From: Planctomycetota bacterium | GTDB lineage: Bacteria > Planctomycetota > PLA2 > JAEUHO01 | Direction: 5' to 3' | Assembly (NCBI GenBank): GCA_965223505.1 | Contig: CBDCWP010000026.1 | Coordinates: 108,782 to 172,781 of the forward strand | DNA length: 64,000 nt | Shown: positions 18,855 through 28,620 of the stretch, piece by piece | Numbering within the stretch: the first letter of the stretch is position 1 | Layout of the letters: each line of letters starts with the position of its first letter | Translations under genes and position numbers: made by a program | Notes under the pieces: generated by a model | Seen by the model: the letters and a program-made list of their open reading frames with translations, nothing else | Told to the model about the DNA's origin: nothing | Databases searched by the model: none

Positions 18855-20215
18855 TACTCCTGCTCCTTCGTGGGCGCCTCGTCAAGGGCCTTGAGCTCCT
18901 CGAGCACGTCGTCGAGCACGCTCTCGCCCGGCCCCTCCTTGGCCGCATCCTTGCGCTTGCCCGATGCCCGCAAGTCGACCTCTTCGCGAACGCCGTCCTT
19001 GTCCGTCAACAGCACCTTGTCGCCCTCGGCGTGAAGCGACACCGGCTCGTCGCCGATTCGACCCGCCAGGTACAAGGGCTTGCGCGGCTCACCGTGAAGC
19101 GCCAACTCCTTGGCGTTCGTTGCAACCGCCTCCTGCAGGGCGCTGCGCACGCTCTGCGAGGCTTCGAAGAATCGGTCCGCTGGAACCAGGCCGCCAATGC
19201 CCTGGTGGGTGCGCTGGAAGTTGTAGAAGCCGATGAAGTGGGCAATGCGCGTCTTGGCGTCCTCCATGCCGCGGAAGATCGCTCCGTCGATCAGCTCGCG
19301 AAACAGCGTGCCCCAGAAACGCTCGATCTTGCCAAGCGTCTGCGGCCGCCTCGGCCTGGCCACGATCTGCTTGATGCCGCGCTTCTCGCAAAGCTTGCGA
19401 AACGAGCTCTTCCCGCGCCAGGTCTGATACTGCGCGCCGTTGTCGGTCAAAATCTCCTCGGGCGCGCCGAAGTTCGCGATCGCCTGCTCGAACGTCTCCC
19501 GAACCATCGCACCCGACGCCGATGCGTGAAGCCCGAAGCCCACGATGAAACGCGAGAAGTCGTCCAGGTAGCAAACCAGGTGCACGCGCCGACGCTCGCG
19601 CTTCAGGAGAAACGTGAATAGATCCGTTTGCCAAAGCTCGTTCGGTCGCTTGCGCTCGAATCGCTTCACCTTGGGCGGGTTGCGCGCCGGCGCAACCGCC
19701 TCCACCTCGTAGCCCGCTTCCTTCAGCACGCGCTGAACCGCGCCGCCTGAAACCGAGATACCCTCCGTTCGGATCAGCATGTCGTGGATCCGATCCTGGC
19801 CCCAGTCCGGATGCGCGTCCTTCATCATCAGGATCGCACGGCGCGCCGGCTCGGGCAGCCCGCTGCCCTTCATGCCGCGCTTGTGCCCGAGCAAACCGGC
19901 GGGGCCCTCCTCCTCGAACTTGCGACGCCACGCGTACAGCGACGCCGTGCTCACGCCGATCAGCGGCGCGAACTCCGTGGCCGCAAGCTCGCTGCGAAAC
20001 CAACAGTCAAGCGCCAACAGGCGCTGCTCGCCCGTGAACTCCGCGCTACGCGATGCGTCGCTTCGCACCGTTCGCGCACGACGGCTGCGTGTGCCGCGGG
20101 GCACGTAGCCGCTCACGGCCCGCTTCCTCCGCTCGGCTCCGGCGACTTCGTCGCCTCCGCCTCCCTTCGGAAGCGGGCCGTCCAACCTCTCGGGCGCCTT
20201 CGTATCGTCGTTCAT
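18854..20215 (-). CDS. DDE transposase A (copy 2)
   Basis: Identical protein to 1094-2455. Confidence 0.9.
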   Translation of the reverse strand: MNDDTKAPERLDGPLPKGGGGDEVAGAERRKRAVSGYVPRGTRSRRARTVRSDASRSAEFTGEQRLLALDCWFRSELAATEFAPLIGVSTASLYAWRRKFEEEGPAGLLGHKRGMKGSGLPEPARRAILMMKDAHPDWGQDRIHDMLIRTEGISVSGGAVQRVLKEAGYEVEAVAPARNPPKVKRFERKRPNELWQTDLFTFLLKRERRRVHLVCYLDDFSRFIVGFGLHASASGAMVRETFEQAIANFGAPEEILTDNGAQYQTWRGKSSFRKLCEKRGIKQIVARPRRPQTLGKIERFWGTLFRELIDGAIFRGMEDAKTRIAHFIGFYNFQRTHQGIGGLVPADRFFEASQSVRSALQEAVATNAKELALHGEPRKPLYLAGRIGDEPVSLHAEGDKVLLTDKDGVREEVDLRASGKRKDAAKEGPGESVLDDVLEELKALDEAPTKEQE

Positions 20216-20295
20216 CTCTCTTCCTTTCCCTGGCACATAGGCCAGCCAAAGGAGAGAGCCTTATCAACACCGGTTTCCTGCCCTTCGCAGGTCAC

Positions 20296-21120
20296 CTATT
20301 CGTCGAGGGAGACAAGCCATGCACGCCAGAGTCGCACATCAGTTCCGAAGTCCTGGCCCGTTGCCGCCTTGAGTGCCTTGGAACATAGGTCGCGCCTGCG
20401 CGTCGTTGTCTGTCGCGCGAGAGCATCAACGAGAGCGCTTGCCGCCTTTGGATATGGATGCGTCCGGAACCAGTCGAGTACGAACTCTTCATCATCCGCT
20501 TCCAGGCCGGCATCGAGTGCACGCACGAGTCGAGGTGCTGCGGCCGCCGCATCCACTGCAGCGAGGGCTTGGAGAGCGGCGAAGCGTACCTCCGAATCCC
20601 CGGCGCCCGTGAGGTTCGCTAGGCGAGCGGAGAGTTGTCGCGCAGACGCTCCCAGCAACTCGACGGCACCAAGCACAGTCCGGCGAACGTAGGAGGGCTG
20701 GGATTCGTCTTCAGCGACTTCGAGCACCTCTGAGGAGTGGGCCCGAGCGGCGTCACGTATCCCGTCTCGGGCGGCTGAAACCACGTCACCGGGTTGAGTC
20801 TCGTCGAGAGCCGCGAGCAATACGGAACGACTCTGCTCGAACGAGAGCGTGCCCAAATGGCGGAGCGCCTTCAGCTTCGCTTGGTCGTGCCCTGACGCGC
20901 GGGCGCGATCGAGAAGTGCCTTCGTGGCCTGGCGGTCACCGGTGGCCGCCCTTAGAGCCAGCATGGCGGCGCTGGCTTCCGCGGCATTGAGCTCCGGTTC
21001 TGATTGGACGATGGCGGAGGCGAATTGCTGCACGTCGCTCCTGCGCCGAGATGAGCCTCTATGTGAGGCGCCTGCCAGCCTCTCTTGCGCGCGTGTTGCT
21101 CGGTCGGCTTGAGGATCCAA
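20296..21120 (-). pseudogene. HEAT-repeat protein fragment; stop codon supplied by the transposon end
   Basis: DSEVRFAALQALAAVD HEAT repeats, C-terminal ALKAATGQDFGTDVRLWRAW; last codons lie inside the IS; 5' end unclear. Confidence 0.6.
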
Positions 21121-21440
21121 AGGAGGACATAGAGGTTGCGCTCCCCTGCGCGCGGACCCTGAATCGGCACGAACGCTGGCTCACTCAGCGGCTGTTCGAT
21201 GCCGTCATGGCGCTGCACGGCCGGCATCCGAAACGCGGTGAGGTCCTCCTTCACCTCAACGCGTTCGTCCGCACCCACACCGACGTCGTCCTGAAGATTT
21301 GGGCCGACGCAGTCGAAGCGACGATCGTGAACTGGTTGAACTTCGCCGGATCGCTCCGGGACCTTCCTGCAAGCGCCCTCGATCCGTATCCAGAGGCACG
21401 CAAGGCGGTGGCGTTCATCAGGAAACTGCCGCGCCGATGA
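21051..21440 (+). CDS. Hypothetical protein or gene fragment ending just before the 45-bp site
   Basis: Protein-like helical composition; stop 4 bp before site copy 4; no family recognised. Confidence 0.35.
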   Translation: MSLYVRRLPASLARVLLGRLEDPKEDIEVALPCARTLNRHERWLTQRLFDAVMALHGRHPKRGEVLLHLNAFVRTHTDVVLKIWADAVEATIVNWLNFAGSLRDLPASALDPYPEARKAVAFIRKLPRR

Positions 21441-21444
21441 AGTG

Positions 21445-21489
21445 CGAGGTCGTGGCAGAAGAACAGCAAAGAAGTGGTCATAGTCACTT
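21445..21489 (+). repeat. 45-bp invariant site, copy 4 (no tRNA fragment)
   Basis: Exact match; last copy before core-like genes. Confidence 0.95.
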
Positions 21490-21743
21490 CGCGGCACGCG
21501 CCTCGGCGTGCCCCGAGCGCGACTTGCCCGCTTCCTATGTCACAGGCGATTCACGATGTGGCGCGTCGTTGCTCGCCGCTCCTACTGGCTCTCGCTACGC
21601 GTCGCTGGTTCGACGGGAGGCGCCCCGACCAACACGACGCCCCTCATGCCAATCACGGCGCGCGTCTCCAATCGTGAGCTCCGTAGCAAGCGGAGCAGGG
21701 TCAAGCGCCCGGTCGTGCGATGCAGGCCGGCCGCGCAAGGGGG

Positions 21744-24344
21744 CTAGACGCTGCTTGAGGCCTGCGTCGGGCCCTCTGAAGCGGTTGCGATCGGCTCTCT
21801 TGCCTTCTTCACCTTGCAGACAAGCAAAGTCAGGTCGTCGTCCGTCTCCTGCCCTGCGGCAAAGGAGTGGGCGGAGTCGTAGAGGGCTTCCACGATGCCC
21901 GACGCCGTCTTCCCACGCTGGTCGCGAACCGTCCCCAGCACGCGCTCGGACTCGTAGAGCTCCCCATCGGGTGCATGCACCTCCGTGATCCCGTCCGTCA
22001 CGAGCGCGATGACATCGCCCTCGTGAAGTCCAAGCGGCTCACCCTCACCATACGTGGCGCCTTGAAGCAAGCCCAGGGCCGGTCCCGTCGGGGCGAGCTC
22101 TGCACGAACCGCGCCCATTGCCCCCATGACCAGGCCCGCCGGGTGACCGGCATTGGCGTACGCCAGGTGCAGCGTCCGATGGTCGAAGCGCACCAAGAGA
22201 AGCGACACGAAGCGATCGTCCGGAATGTCCTCGCACAGGAGCTCGTTCAGGAGCGCAAGCGCCTCGTGGATGGAGTTGCCGGCGGTCAGCAAGGAGCGCA
22301 GGTGGGCGCGCACCTCCATCATGATCAGTGCGGGCCCGACGCCATGGCCGCTGACGTCACCAATGACGAGCGCCACCGTGTCGTCAGGCAACGGAATCAC
22401 GTCGAAGTAGTCGCCGCATGTGACGCCTGCCGGATACACCACGCCCGCGACGTCAAGGCCCGCGACGCGAGGTGTGTCCGTGGGATAAAGCCGCTGCTGG
22501 ATGATCCCCGCCACGCGCATTTCAGCCTCTCGCTCGTGCAGCAAAATCCTCTCCGTCATGTCCTTGGTAACCGAGACGAAGTGGGTCACCTGCCCCTGTG
22601 TGTCCCGGATCGGCGTGACCGACTGCTCGCCATGCCAGAGGGCGCCGTCCTTCCTGCGATTGACCGTCGTGCCCCGGTAGACGTCCCCCCGCAGGATCGT
22701 GTCCCACATCAGCCGGAAGTGTTCGGCGTCATGGGTACCGGAGTTCAAGATGCGGGGCGTCTTGCCCAGGGCCTGCTTTCGCGTGAAGCCCGTCGTCCCC
22801 TCGAACCCGCGGTTGACGTAGTGGATCTTCCCAACGCGATCGGTGACGAAGATCGCATCGGCAGACTGATCCACCGCCGCCGTGAGCCGCCTGATGCTGT
22901 CGTCTTTGGCCTTCGCTGCCGTGATGTCGTGGAACACCACGACGCCACCGAGCGCCTCGCCCCGGTCCGACCGCAAGGGGGCGCCGCTGACAAGCAGCCA
23001 CACGCCATCCGTCGCCGAGGCGCGGCGAACGAAGAACTCCTCGTCCTCGAAGTGCTCTCCCGCGACCGCACGGGCCAGGGGCAGGGTGCCCGGCGCCTCG
23101 GGGGATGCCGGATCGCCCACGAGGCTGCCGACGCCGACCGCGGCCCAGCCCCGGCGCGCGACGGTGTCCTCGAGCCCACCGACGATCCGCGTCGCCGCCT
23201 CATTCACGAGCTGGATTTCGCCGCTCTTGTCCGCGACGACAACGCCTTGGTCCAGGCTCCGCAGGAGCGAACGCGTCAGGTGCAGGCTGCGTTTCTCTTG
23301 CGCGAGCCGCTCCCTCGCCTCCCGGAAGCCCAGGCCCGTCGCCGCCAGCGTGAGCAACAACCACACCAGCAGACCGAGCAGGATCGAGCCACGGCTCCTG
23401 CTCCTCGCCATGAATGCGGGCCCTGGCGCAGCGCCGAACCGCAGTGCGCGACCGGCGACCTCCAGTCGTGCCGTCGCTCGGAAGTCTCCGGAGCGGGCCC
23501 CCTGCCGGTCGGCATCAGCGACCAGGGGCAGCCAGATGCGATCGTCGCGCGCGTCCCGCAGCTCGACGCGGTCGCCGCGAAGCGTGCCGTCCAGCACTCC
23601 GTGAGCCAGCCTCGCGAGGAGGTTGTCGACGCGCCATGACAACAGCACGACGCCCAGCGGGTTGTCGGACGCATCACTCGTGACGGTGCCGGCCGTACGG
23701 AAGATCGGCAGCATGACGAGCAGCGCATCCGAAGAGGTCGTCTCGTGGACGAGGCGCACGGGATCCGAGAGCTGCGGTCGACCGGTTGCAACCGCCCGCT
23801 GGAGCGCCGCGCTGCAGATGGCGTCCGACGCCAGGTCGAAGCCAAGCGACGGCTCTACGCCTTCTCGGGCCTCTATGTACGTGACAGGAAAGAGCTCCGG
23901 GGACGGGGGCGCGGCCGAGAGCTGCCCCTCGCGTCCGCGGTGCGTAATCGCGTAGTCCTTGAAACCCTCCGCCCGCATGCGAGCGACGTGCGCCTCCCGA
24001 CCCTGCGCGGTTACCCGCGGCGCCCACTCGACCGCTTGGATGTCGGGATGCCTGGCGAGCGCCAGCCGCGCGAAGTCCAAGAACTCACGACGGGTCACGA
24101 ACTCGGAGCTTCGGTAGAGTCCCGCGAGGTACTCGAGCATCTCGACAGAGGACCCGATCTCCGCTTCGACGGAGGCGACCTGCTTGGCGAGGTACTCGCG
24201 AAACCGCTCGTGTACTTCTTCCCGCTCGCCCGTGCGGGCCACGTGGTAGGCCCCGAAGCCGGCGATCGGAGCCGCAGTGAGAAGGAGCAGCAAGAACAGG
24301 CGGCTGCGGCGGGCGGTCGTCAACATGGGGCGGGCGGGGTTCAC
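21744..24344 (-). CDS. CHASE + PAS-PAS + SpoIIE/PP2C-type phosphatase
   Basis: AVEWAPRV...FPVTYIE...LGFDL (CHASE); two PAS domains; GDYFD, IGDVSGHG, TDGITE, DDLT PP2C motifs. Confidence 0.92.
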   Translation of the reverse strand: MNPARPMLTTARRSRLFLLLLLTAAPIAGFGAYHVARTGEREEVHERFREYLAKQVASVEAEIGSSVEMLEYLAGLYRSSEFVTRREFLDFARLALARHPDIQAVEWAPRVTAQGREAHVARMRAEGFKDYAITHRGREGQLSAAPPSPELFPVTYIEAREGVEPSLGFDLASDAICSAALQRAVATGRPQLSDPVRLVHETTSSDALLVMLPIFRTAGTVTSDASDNPLGVVLLSWRVDNLLARLAHGVLDGTLRGDRVELRDARDDRIWLPLVADADRQGARSGDFRATARLEVAGRALRFGAAPGPAFMARSRSRGSILLGLLVWLLLTLAATGLGFREARERLAQEKRSLHLTRSLLRSLDQGVVVADKSGEIQLVNEAATRIVGGLEDTVARRGWAAVGVGSLVGDPASPEAPGTLPLARAVAGEHFEDEEFFVRRASATDGVWLLVSGAPLRSDRGEALGGVVVFHDITAAKAKDDSIRRLTAAVDQSADAIFVTDRVGKIHYVNRGFEGTTGFTRKQALGKTPRILNSGTHDAEHFRLMWDTILRGDVYRGTTVNRRKDGALWHGEQSVTPIRDTQGQVTHFVSVTKDMTERILLHEREAEMRVAGIIQQRLYPTDTPRVAGLDVAGVVYPAGVTCGDYFDVIPLPDDTVALVIGDVSGHGVGPALIMMEVRAHLRSLLTAGNSIHEALALLNELLCEDIPDDRFVSLLLVRFDHRTLHLAYANAGHPAGLVMGAMGAVRAELAPTGPALGLLQGATYGEGEPLGLHEGDVIALVTDGITEVHAPDGELYESERVLGTVRDQRGKTASGIVEALYDSAHSFAAGQETDDDLTLLVCKVKKAREPIATASEGPTQASSSV

Positions 24345-24827
24345 GGATCGTGCCTACGAGAGACACGCCACATATCGTGCCGCCCACCGAGAGCCTCGAT
24401 CTGGGCGTCTCGGACTCGAGCTAGGACCTGAGGATACTCGTCCCCTGCGGGTGGACGGCGCATAAAGGGGCCGTCCCCCCCTCGCTCGGTGCAAGCCAGG
24501 CGAGAAGAGCCTGCGCTGCAGGCGCAACGGCAGCGAGCGGGCAGGGCTCGTGTGCCCACTTCGGAATCCGACCCGGATGCCGGGCGATGGTGCCCTTGGG
24601 ATGTTCTGCCCCCGACTACGCTCTACTTGTTCCCTCCAACTCGAATCGGACACCGCCCCATGAAGTCGCACTCAATGCCATCCCCCTTGCTTAATATCTG
24701 TCGAACCCCGGCCCTCTGCGTTGCACCGAGCGCCACCGTGAGCGACGCGACTCGTGTGATGGTCGAGAACCGGGTCGGGGCCGTCGCCGTCGTCAAGGAC
24801 GACGTCCTGGTGGGCATCCTCACCGAG

Positions 24828-26225
24828 GAGGGTGTACCGTTCTTTCTGTAAATGGCTCCCCGGAGGAGAGGCGCTCGCTTCGCTTGAATCAGCTAGCTGA
24901 TTCAAGCGAAGCGGGCGCGCCGCCATCTCCCGGGGCGAACTGAGTGGCGGATCAACGCCGTACCTTTGCAGGTAACGACACCACGCAAAGGAGGAACGAC
25001 GTGACCCACCACGAACAGCGTACGCCTTGGGGCGACGCACTGGAAGCGCTCAGCGAGAACGGGTTCGACGGCATGGCTGAGGCGATGCGGGTGCTGGTGA
25101 ACGAGGCCATGAAGGTCGAACGCAGTGCCTTCCTCGGCGCCGAGCCCCACGAACGCACGGATCAGCGCCGCGGCTACGCCAACGGCTTCAAGCGCAAGCG
25201 CGTCAGAACCCGCTTGGGCGAGATCGACGTCCAGGTGCCCCAGGTTCGCGACGTCGAGGGCGGCGACACGTTCTACCCCTCCAGCCTCGAACGCGGCCAG
25301 CGAAGCGAGAGAGCGCTCACGCTGGCCCTGGCGGAGATGTACGTCCAGGGCGTCTCGACGCGGCGTGTCGAGGCGATCACGAAGGTGCTTTGCAACGGCC
25401 TGGAGATCAGCTCCACGAGCGTGTCTCGAGCAGCTGCGCTGCTCGACGAGGAGCTCGAGCGCTGGCGCACACGTCCGCTCGGCGCGTTCAAGTACCTCGT
25501 ACTCGACGCTCGCTACGAGAAGGTGCGCCACGGCGGATCGGTGCGCGACTGCGCTGTGCTGATCGCCATCGGCGTCGATTCTCACGGCAAGCGCAGCGTG
25601 CTGGGAACGAGCGTGAGCCTCTCGGAGGCCGAGGTCCATTGGCGCGAGTTCCTCGCTTCTCTCCAGGATCGCGGCCTTCACGGCGTCGAGCTCATCACCA
25701 GCGACGGCCACAAGGGCATTGCGGCCGCGCTGGCGGCGCGGTTCGCCGGCGTGGCCTGGCAGCGCTGCCAGTTCCACCTGCAGCAGAACGCGCAGAGCTA
25801 CGTTCCGCGCCAGAAGCTTCGACGCGACGTTGCCGCTGACCTTCGCGCCGCGTTCAATGCGACGTCGCGTCGCGAGGCCGAAGAGAAGCTCAAGGCCTTC
25901 GTGAAGAAGTGGGACAAGCCCGCGCCCGACCTGGCGCGCTGGGCCGAAGAGAACATTCCGCAGGGCTTCACCGTGTTCGATCTCGGCCTGAACGAAGCGC
26001 AGCGCAAGCGCCTTCGCACCACCAACAGCCTCGAGAACCTGAATCAGCAGATCCGCCGCCGCACTCGCGTCGCCGGATTGTTTCCGAACGAAGCGTCCTT
26101 GCTGCGGCTCGCAAGCGCGGTGCTCATCGAGATCAGCGAGGAATGGGAAACCGGACGGAGGTACTTGCCGAGGGACGACGCTTGATCAACCGCTCAGCGA
26201 TTTACAGAAAGAACGTTGCTCTGCC
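24828..26225 (+). mobile_element. IS256-family insertion sequence
   Basis: IRs share CGTTCTTTCTGTAAAT; 8-bp TSD TCACCGAG at 24820-24827 and 26226-26233. Confidence 0.93.
25001..26185 (+). CDS. IS256-family transposase
   Basis: GVSTRRV, LDARYEKVR, SDGHKG, QRCQFH, RTTNSLENLN motifs; AAAGGAGG RBS before GTG. Confidence 0.95.
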   Translation: MTHHEQRTPWGDALEALSENGFDGMAEAMRVLVNEAMKVERSAFLGAEPHERTDQRRGYANGFKRKRVRTRLGEIDVQVPQVRDVEGGDTFYPSSLERGQRSERALTLALAEMYVQGVSTRRVEAITKVLCNGLEISSTSVSRAAALLDEELERWRTRPLGAFKYLVLDARYEKVRHGGSVRDCAVLIAIGVDSHGKRSVLGTSVSLSEAEVHWREFLASLQDRGLHGVELITSDGHKGIAAALAARFAGVAWQRCQFHLQQNAQSYVPRQKLRRDVAADLRAAFNATSRREAEEKLKAFVKKWDKPAPDLARWAEENIPQGFTVFDLGLNEAQRKRLRTTNSLENLNQQIRRRTRVAGLFPNEASLLRLASAVLIEISEEWETGRRYLPRDDA

Positions 26226-26694
26226 TCACCGAGCGCGACTTGATGGTGAAGGTCACGGATCGTGACGGCGACCCGGCGCGCCTCCTCGTCGAAGGCACGA
26301 TGGAGACCGACGTGCGGACCGTCGCACCGAGTGCTTCCCACGAGCATGCCGCGAACGTGATGCTCACGCACCACTGCCGGCATCTGCCCGTGATCGACGC
26401 CCGTGGCAAGGTCTTGGGCATGCTCTCGATCCGTCATCTATATCGGGAGCAACTGCGGCGCTTGCAGGGCCAGATGGACTCCCTCGAGGCGTACATGAGT
26501 GCGGACGGACCGGGCGGCTAGGACGAGAATGCCACATTGCCAGCCTGTCCCGTACGCCCTCGCTCCGTCGCGACCCTGTGCAGGCCCGTTCGCGTCCGCT
26601 GGCTTGTCTCCGGTCAAGCGCAGACCGTCCGCCACCAGAGCTTCCCGCGAGAGGAGCCCGCCAAGGAGCGGGCCTCCGCAGCTGGAGAACGAAC

Positions 26695-27027
26695 ATGTAC
26701 CGCCACGATGAGCCGAGCCTGCGCAGCGCGTCACGAGACGGCAAGTCGCTGTACGTCCACCTGGCCGAGCGCTTGGACGGACTTTGTGCGAGTCACGATA
26801 GGGCGGCCGCCGAACTCTACCTCCTTGGGCGCCGCGACTTCGAGCGTGCCCGCGGCGCGATGCGTCGCTTCGGGCACCTCCGGGACCTCATGCGCCTGCG
26901 CTTGTTCGCCGCCGACTGCTGTCAGCCTGAGAACTCGTCCGCGACGAGAACGCGACTGCTGGCTGAGTGGGCCGACTTGGTTCGCGCAGCGAAGCGGTTC
27001 GACCATTTGGCGAGGGCACTGCCGTGA
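26695..27027 (+). CDS. Hypothetical protein
   Basis: GGAGA RBS + ATG, helical composition; no family recognised. Confidence 0.45.
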   Translation: MYRHDEPSLRSASRDGKSLYVHLAERLDGLCASHDRAAAELYLLGRRDFERARGAMRRFGHLRDLMRLRLFAADCCQPENSSATRTRLLAEWADLVRAAKRFDHLARALP

Positions 27028-27294
27028 GCCGCGCCGCACTTGCAGCGCAACGTCAGTGCTGCGGTGGCGGTGTCCCTGCCCCTTGGTCTCGGCAATTCCG
27101 GGTCCGATCCTCAGCCTGGGGTAGTATGGTTGCGACAGATCTTCTCTCGCTCATCGGGCGCAGCGTGGAACGGGTCCAACCCGTTTCCCTTACCTCCGAC
27201 GCTTTGGCGGCTTTGTCATTGGACAAAATGAAGCCCCAGCGTGCCCGATCCCGTATTTGGCCGGGGGCATAACCTAAGGATTCGAAGAATACAC

Positions 27295-27579
27295 ATGTCT
27301 CAGAACAAGCTCTATGTGGGCAACCTGTCTTTCAACAGCACGGAAGACGATATCACCGGCGCATTCTCCTCCTACGGGACGGTGACCAGCGTCAACCTCA
27401 TTACCGACCGGGAAACCGGCCGGCCGCGCGGCTTCGGCTTCGTGGAGATGAGCTCCGATGCGGAGGCGCAGTCTGCGATGCAGGCCATGGATGGCCAGGA
27501 CCTGGACGGTCGCAGCCTCAAGGTCAATGTTGCCAAGCCGCGCGAGTCGCGCTCCGGCGGCGGCGACAACCGCTGGTAG
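27295..27579 (+). CDS. RRM RNA-binding protein (RbpA-like)
   Basis: LYVGNL (RNP2) and RGFGFV (RNP1) motifs, Gly-rich tail. Confidence 0.95.
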   Translation: MSQNKLYVGNLSFNSTEDDITGAFSSYGTVTSVNLITDRETGRPRGFGFVEMSSDAEAQSAMQAMDGQDLDGRSLKVNVAKPRESRSGGGDNRW

Positions 27580-27600
27580 TCCAGCTCAAGACAACTGCGC

Positions 27601-27634
27601 ATCGGCCGGGTCCGACCCGGCCGATTGCGTTTTT
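27601..27634 (+). terminator. Intrinsic terminator-like hairpin after the RRM gene
   Basis: ATCGGCCGGGT-CCG-ACCCGGCCGAT followed by TGCGTTTTT. Confidence 0.65.
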
Positions 27635-27662
27635 GGGTGCAACGATGGAAGCGGAGAATCTC

Positions 27663-27767
27663 ATGGCCAAGGGTCAAGTGAACAGAAGCAAGAGCAACAA
27701 ACCCAAGCTCACGCCGAAGCAGAGAAAGGCCAAGAAGCAGGAGAAGCAGGCCAGGACGCGGAAGTAG
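27663..27767 (+). CDS. Small basic protein, 34 aa (MAKGQVNRSKSNKPKLTPKQRKAKKQEKQARTRK)
   Basis: GGAGA RBS, ATG...TAG, Lys/Arg-rich; below the ORF-track cutoff. Confidence 0.6.
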   Translation: MAKGQVNRSKSNKPKLTPKQRKAKKQEKQARTRK

Positions 27768-27933
27768 CACTCGGCCGACCGCCTGCCCTCGCCTGCCACC
27801 AACTCCAGCGTCAGCTCGTAGCGTCCCGCCGGGAACGGGTCGTCTCGGTCGGGCGCCTCGACTCGCACCGAGCACAAGCCGCCCTCCTTCTTGTCCTTGT
27901 CAGCTTTCACTTCCTCGAGCTTCGCGTTTGGTC

Positions 27934-28620
27934 CTATGCAGAGTTGCGACTGCCTGCCCCGCGCGAGGCGGAGAACTCGACCGCTGATCGAAGGTCCAGC
28001 AGCCGCACATCGGTGTACGTGCGCATGGTCAACTCGAGCTTGCTGTGCCGCGCCAGCGCCTGGGCCGCTCGAGGATGGACTCCTGCCGCTGCGAGTCGGC
28101 TAATCATCGTCACGCGCAGGCTGTGGAAGTCGACGACGCGCCCCTGGTCGTCCTCGCCGTCGAGTTTGGCGTAAGCAAGATCGGCGTTGACGGTGCCGTG
28201 GGTCGGGAACAGGCGGCCGGGAAACAGGCGATCCTGCGGCCCCGTTCCGAACCCGGCAGCCTGAACGCGGGCGCGATGCGCTGCCAGCCCGTCGGCCACG
28301 TCGCTACGAAGCGGCAGCTCGGCCTGCCTCCTGGACTTCGTAATCGAGGCCCGCACCGTCAGCGTGCGCCGTTCCTCGTCCACGTCGGCCCAGGTCAGCC
28401 CCCGGAGCTCGCCCTTGCGAAGTCCTGTTCCGAGGGCGAACAGATACAGGTAGGCGCGTACCTCCCCCAGCCGGCGGAGCTTCGCTTCCTGGTCTGACGT
28501 GACGCCGGTCCTGGTGCGCTTGATGCGCGCACGCTCCAGGGGGCGCCGTCGGGCAGCGTCGAGCAGCCGCTCAACCTCGTCGTCGGTCATCGCCCGCCGC
28601 ACGCGACGTCGATCCGTCTC
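27934..28620 (-). pseudogene. Tyrosine recombinase/integrase, catalytic domain only (N-terminus lost)
   Basis: TGLRKGEL, TKS, FHSLR, LARH, TMRTYT give the R-K-HxxR-H-Y residues; fused upstream to an IS fragment. Confidence 0.8.

Larger units (their letters stand above)
16906..20314 (-). mobile_element. Four-ORF dual-DDE transposon, copy 2 (inverted), 3,409 bp
   Basis: Reverse complement of 995-4403; same length; no TSD. Confidence 0.9.
24675..26521 (+). pseudogene. CBS-pair protein interrupted by IS256
   Basis: ...VLVGILTE | RDLMVKV...HCRHLPVID...GMLSIRHL rejoins in frame when the IS and one TSD are removed. Confidence 0.9.

Noticed and set aside
8722..21489. 45-bp repeats as a CRISPR array
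   Set aside because: Intervals are 1.6-6.2 kb and contain genes; no cas genes are present.
8722..21489. 45-bp repeats as classical integron attC sites
   Set aside because: No RYYYAAC...GTTRRRY ends, no long hairpin, copies are invariant rather than variable, and no IntI is present.
27674..27910. Minus-strand 78-aa ORF
   Set aside because: No clear RBS, and its hydrophobic tail is the antisense of the Lys-rich small ORF; at most a remnant.
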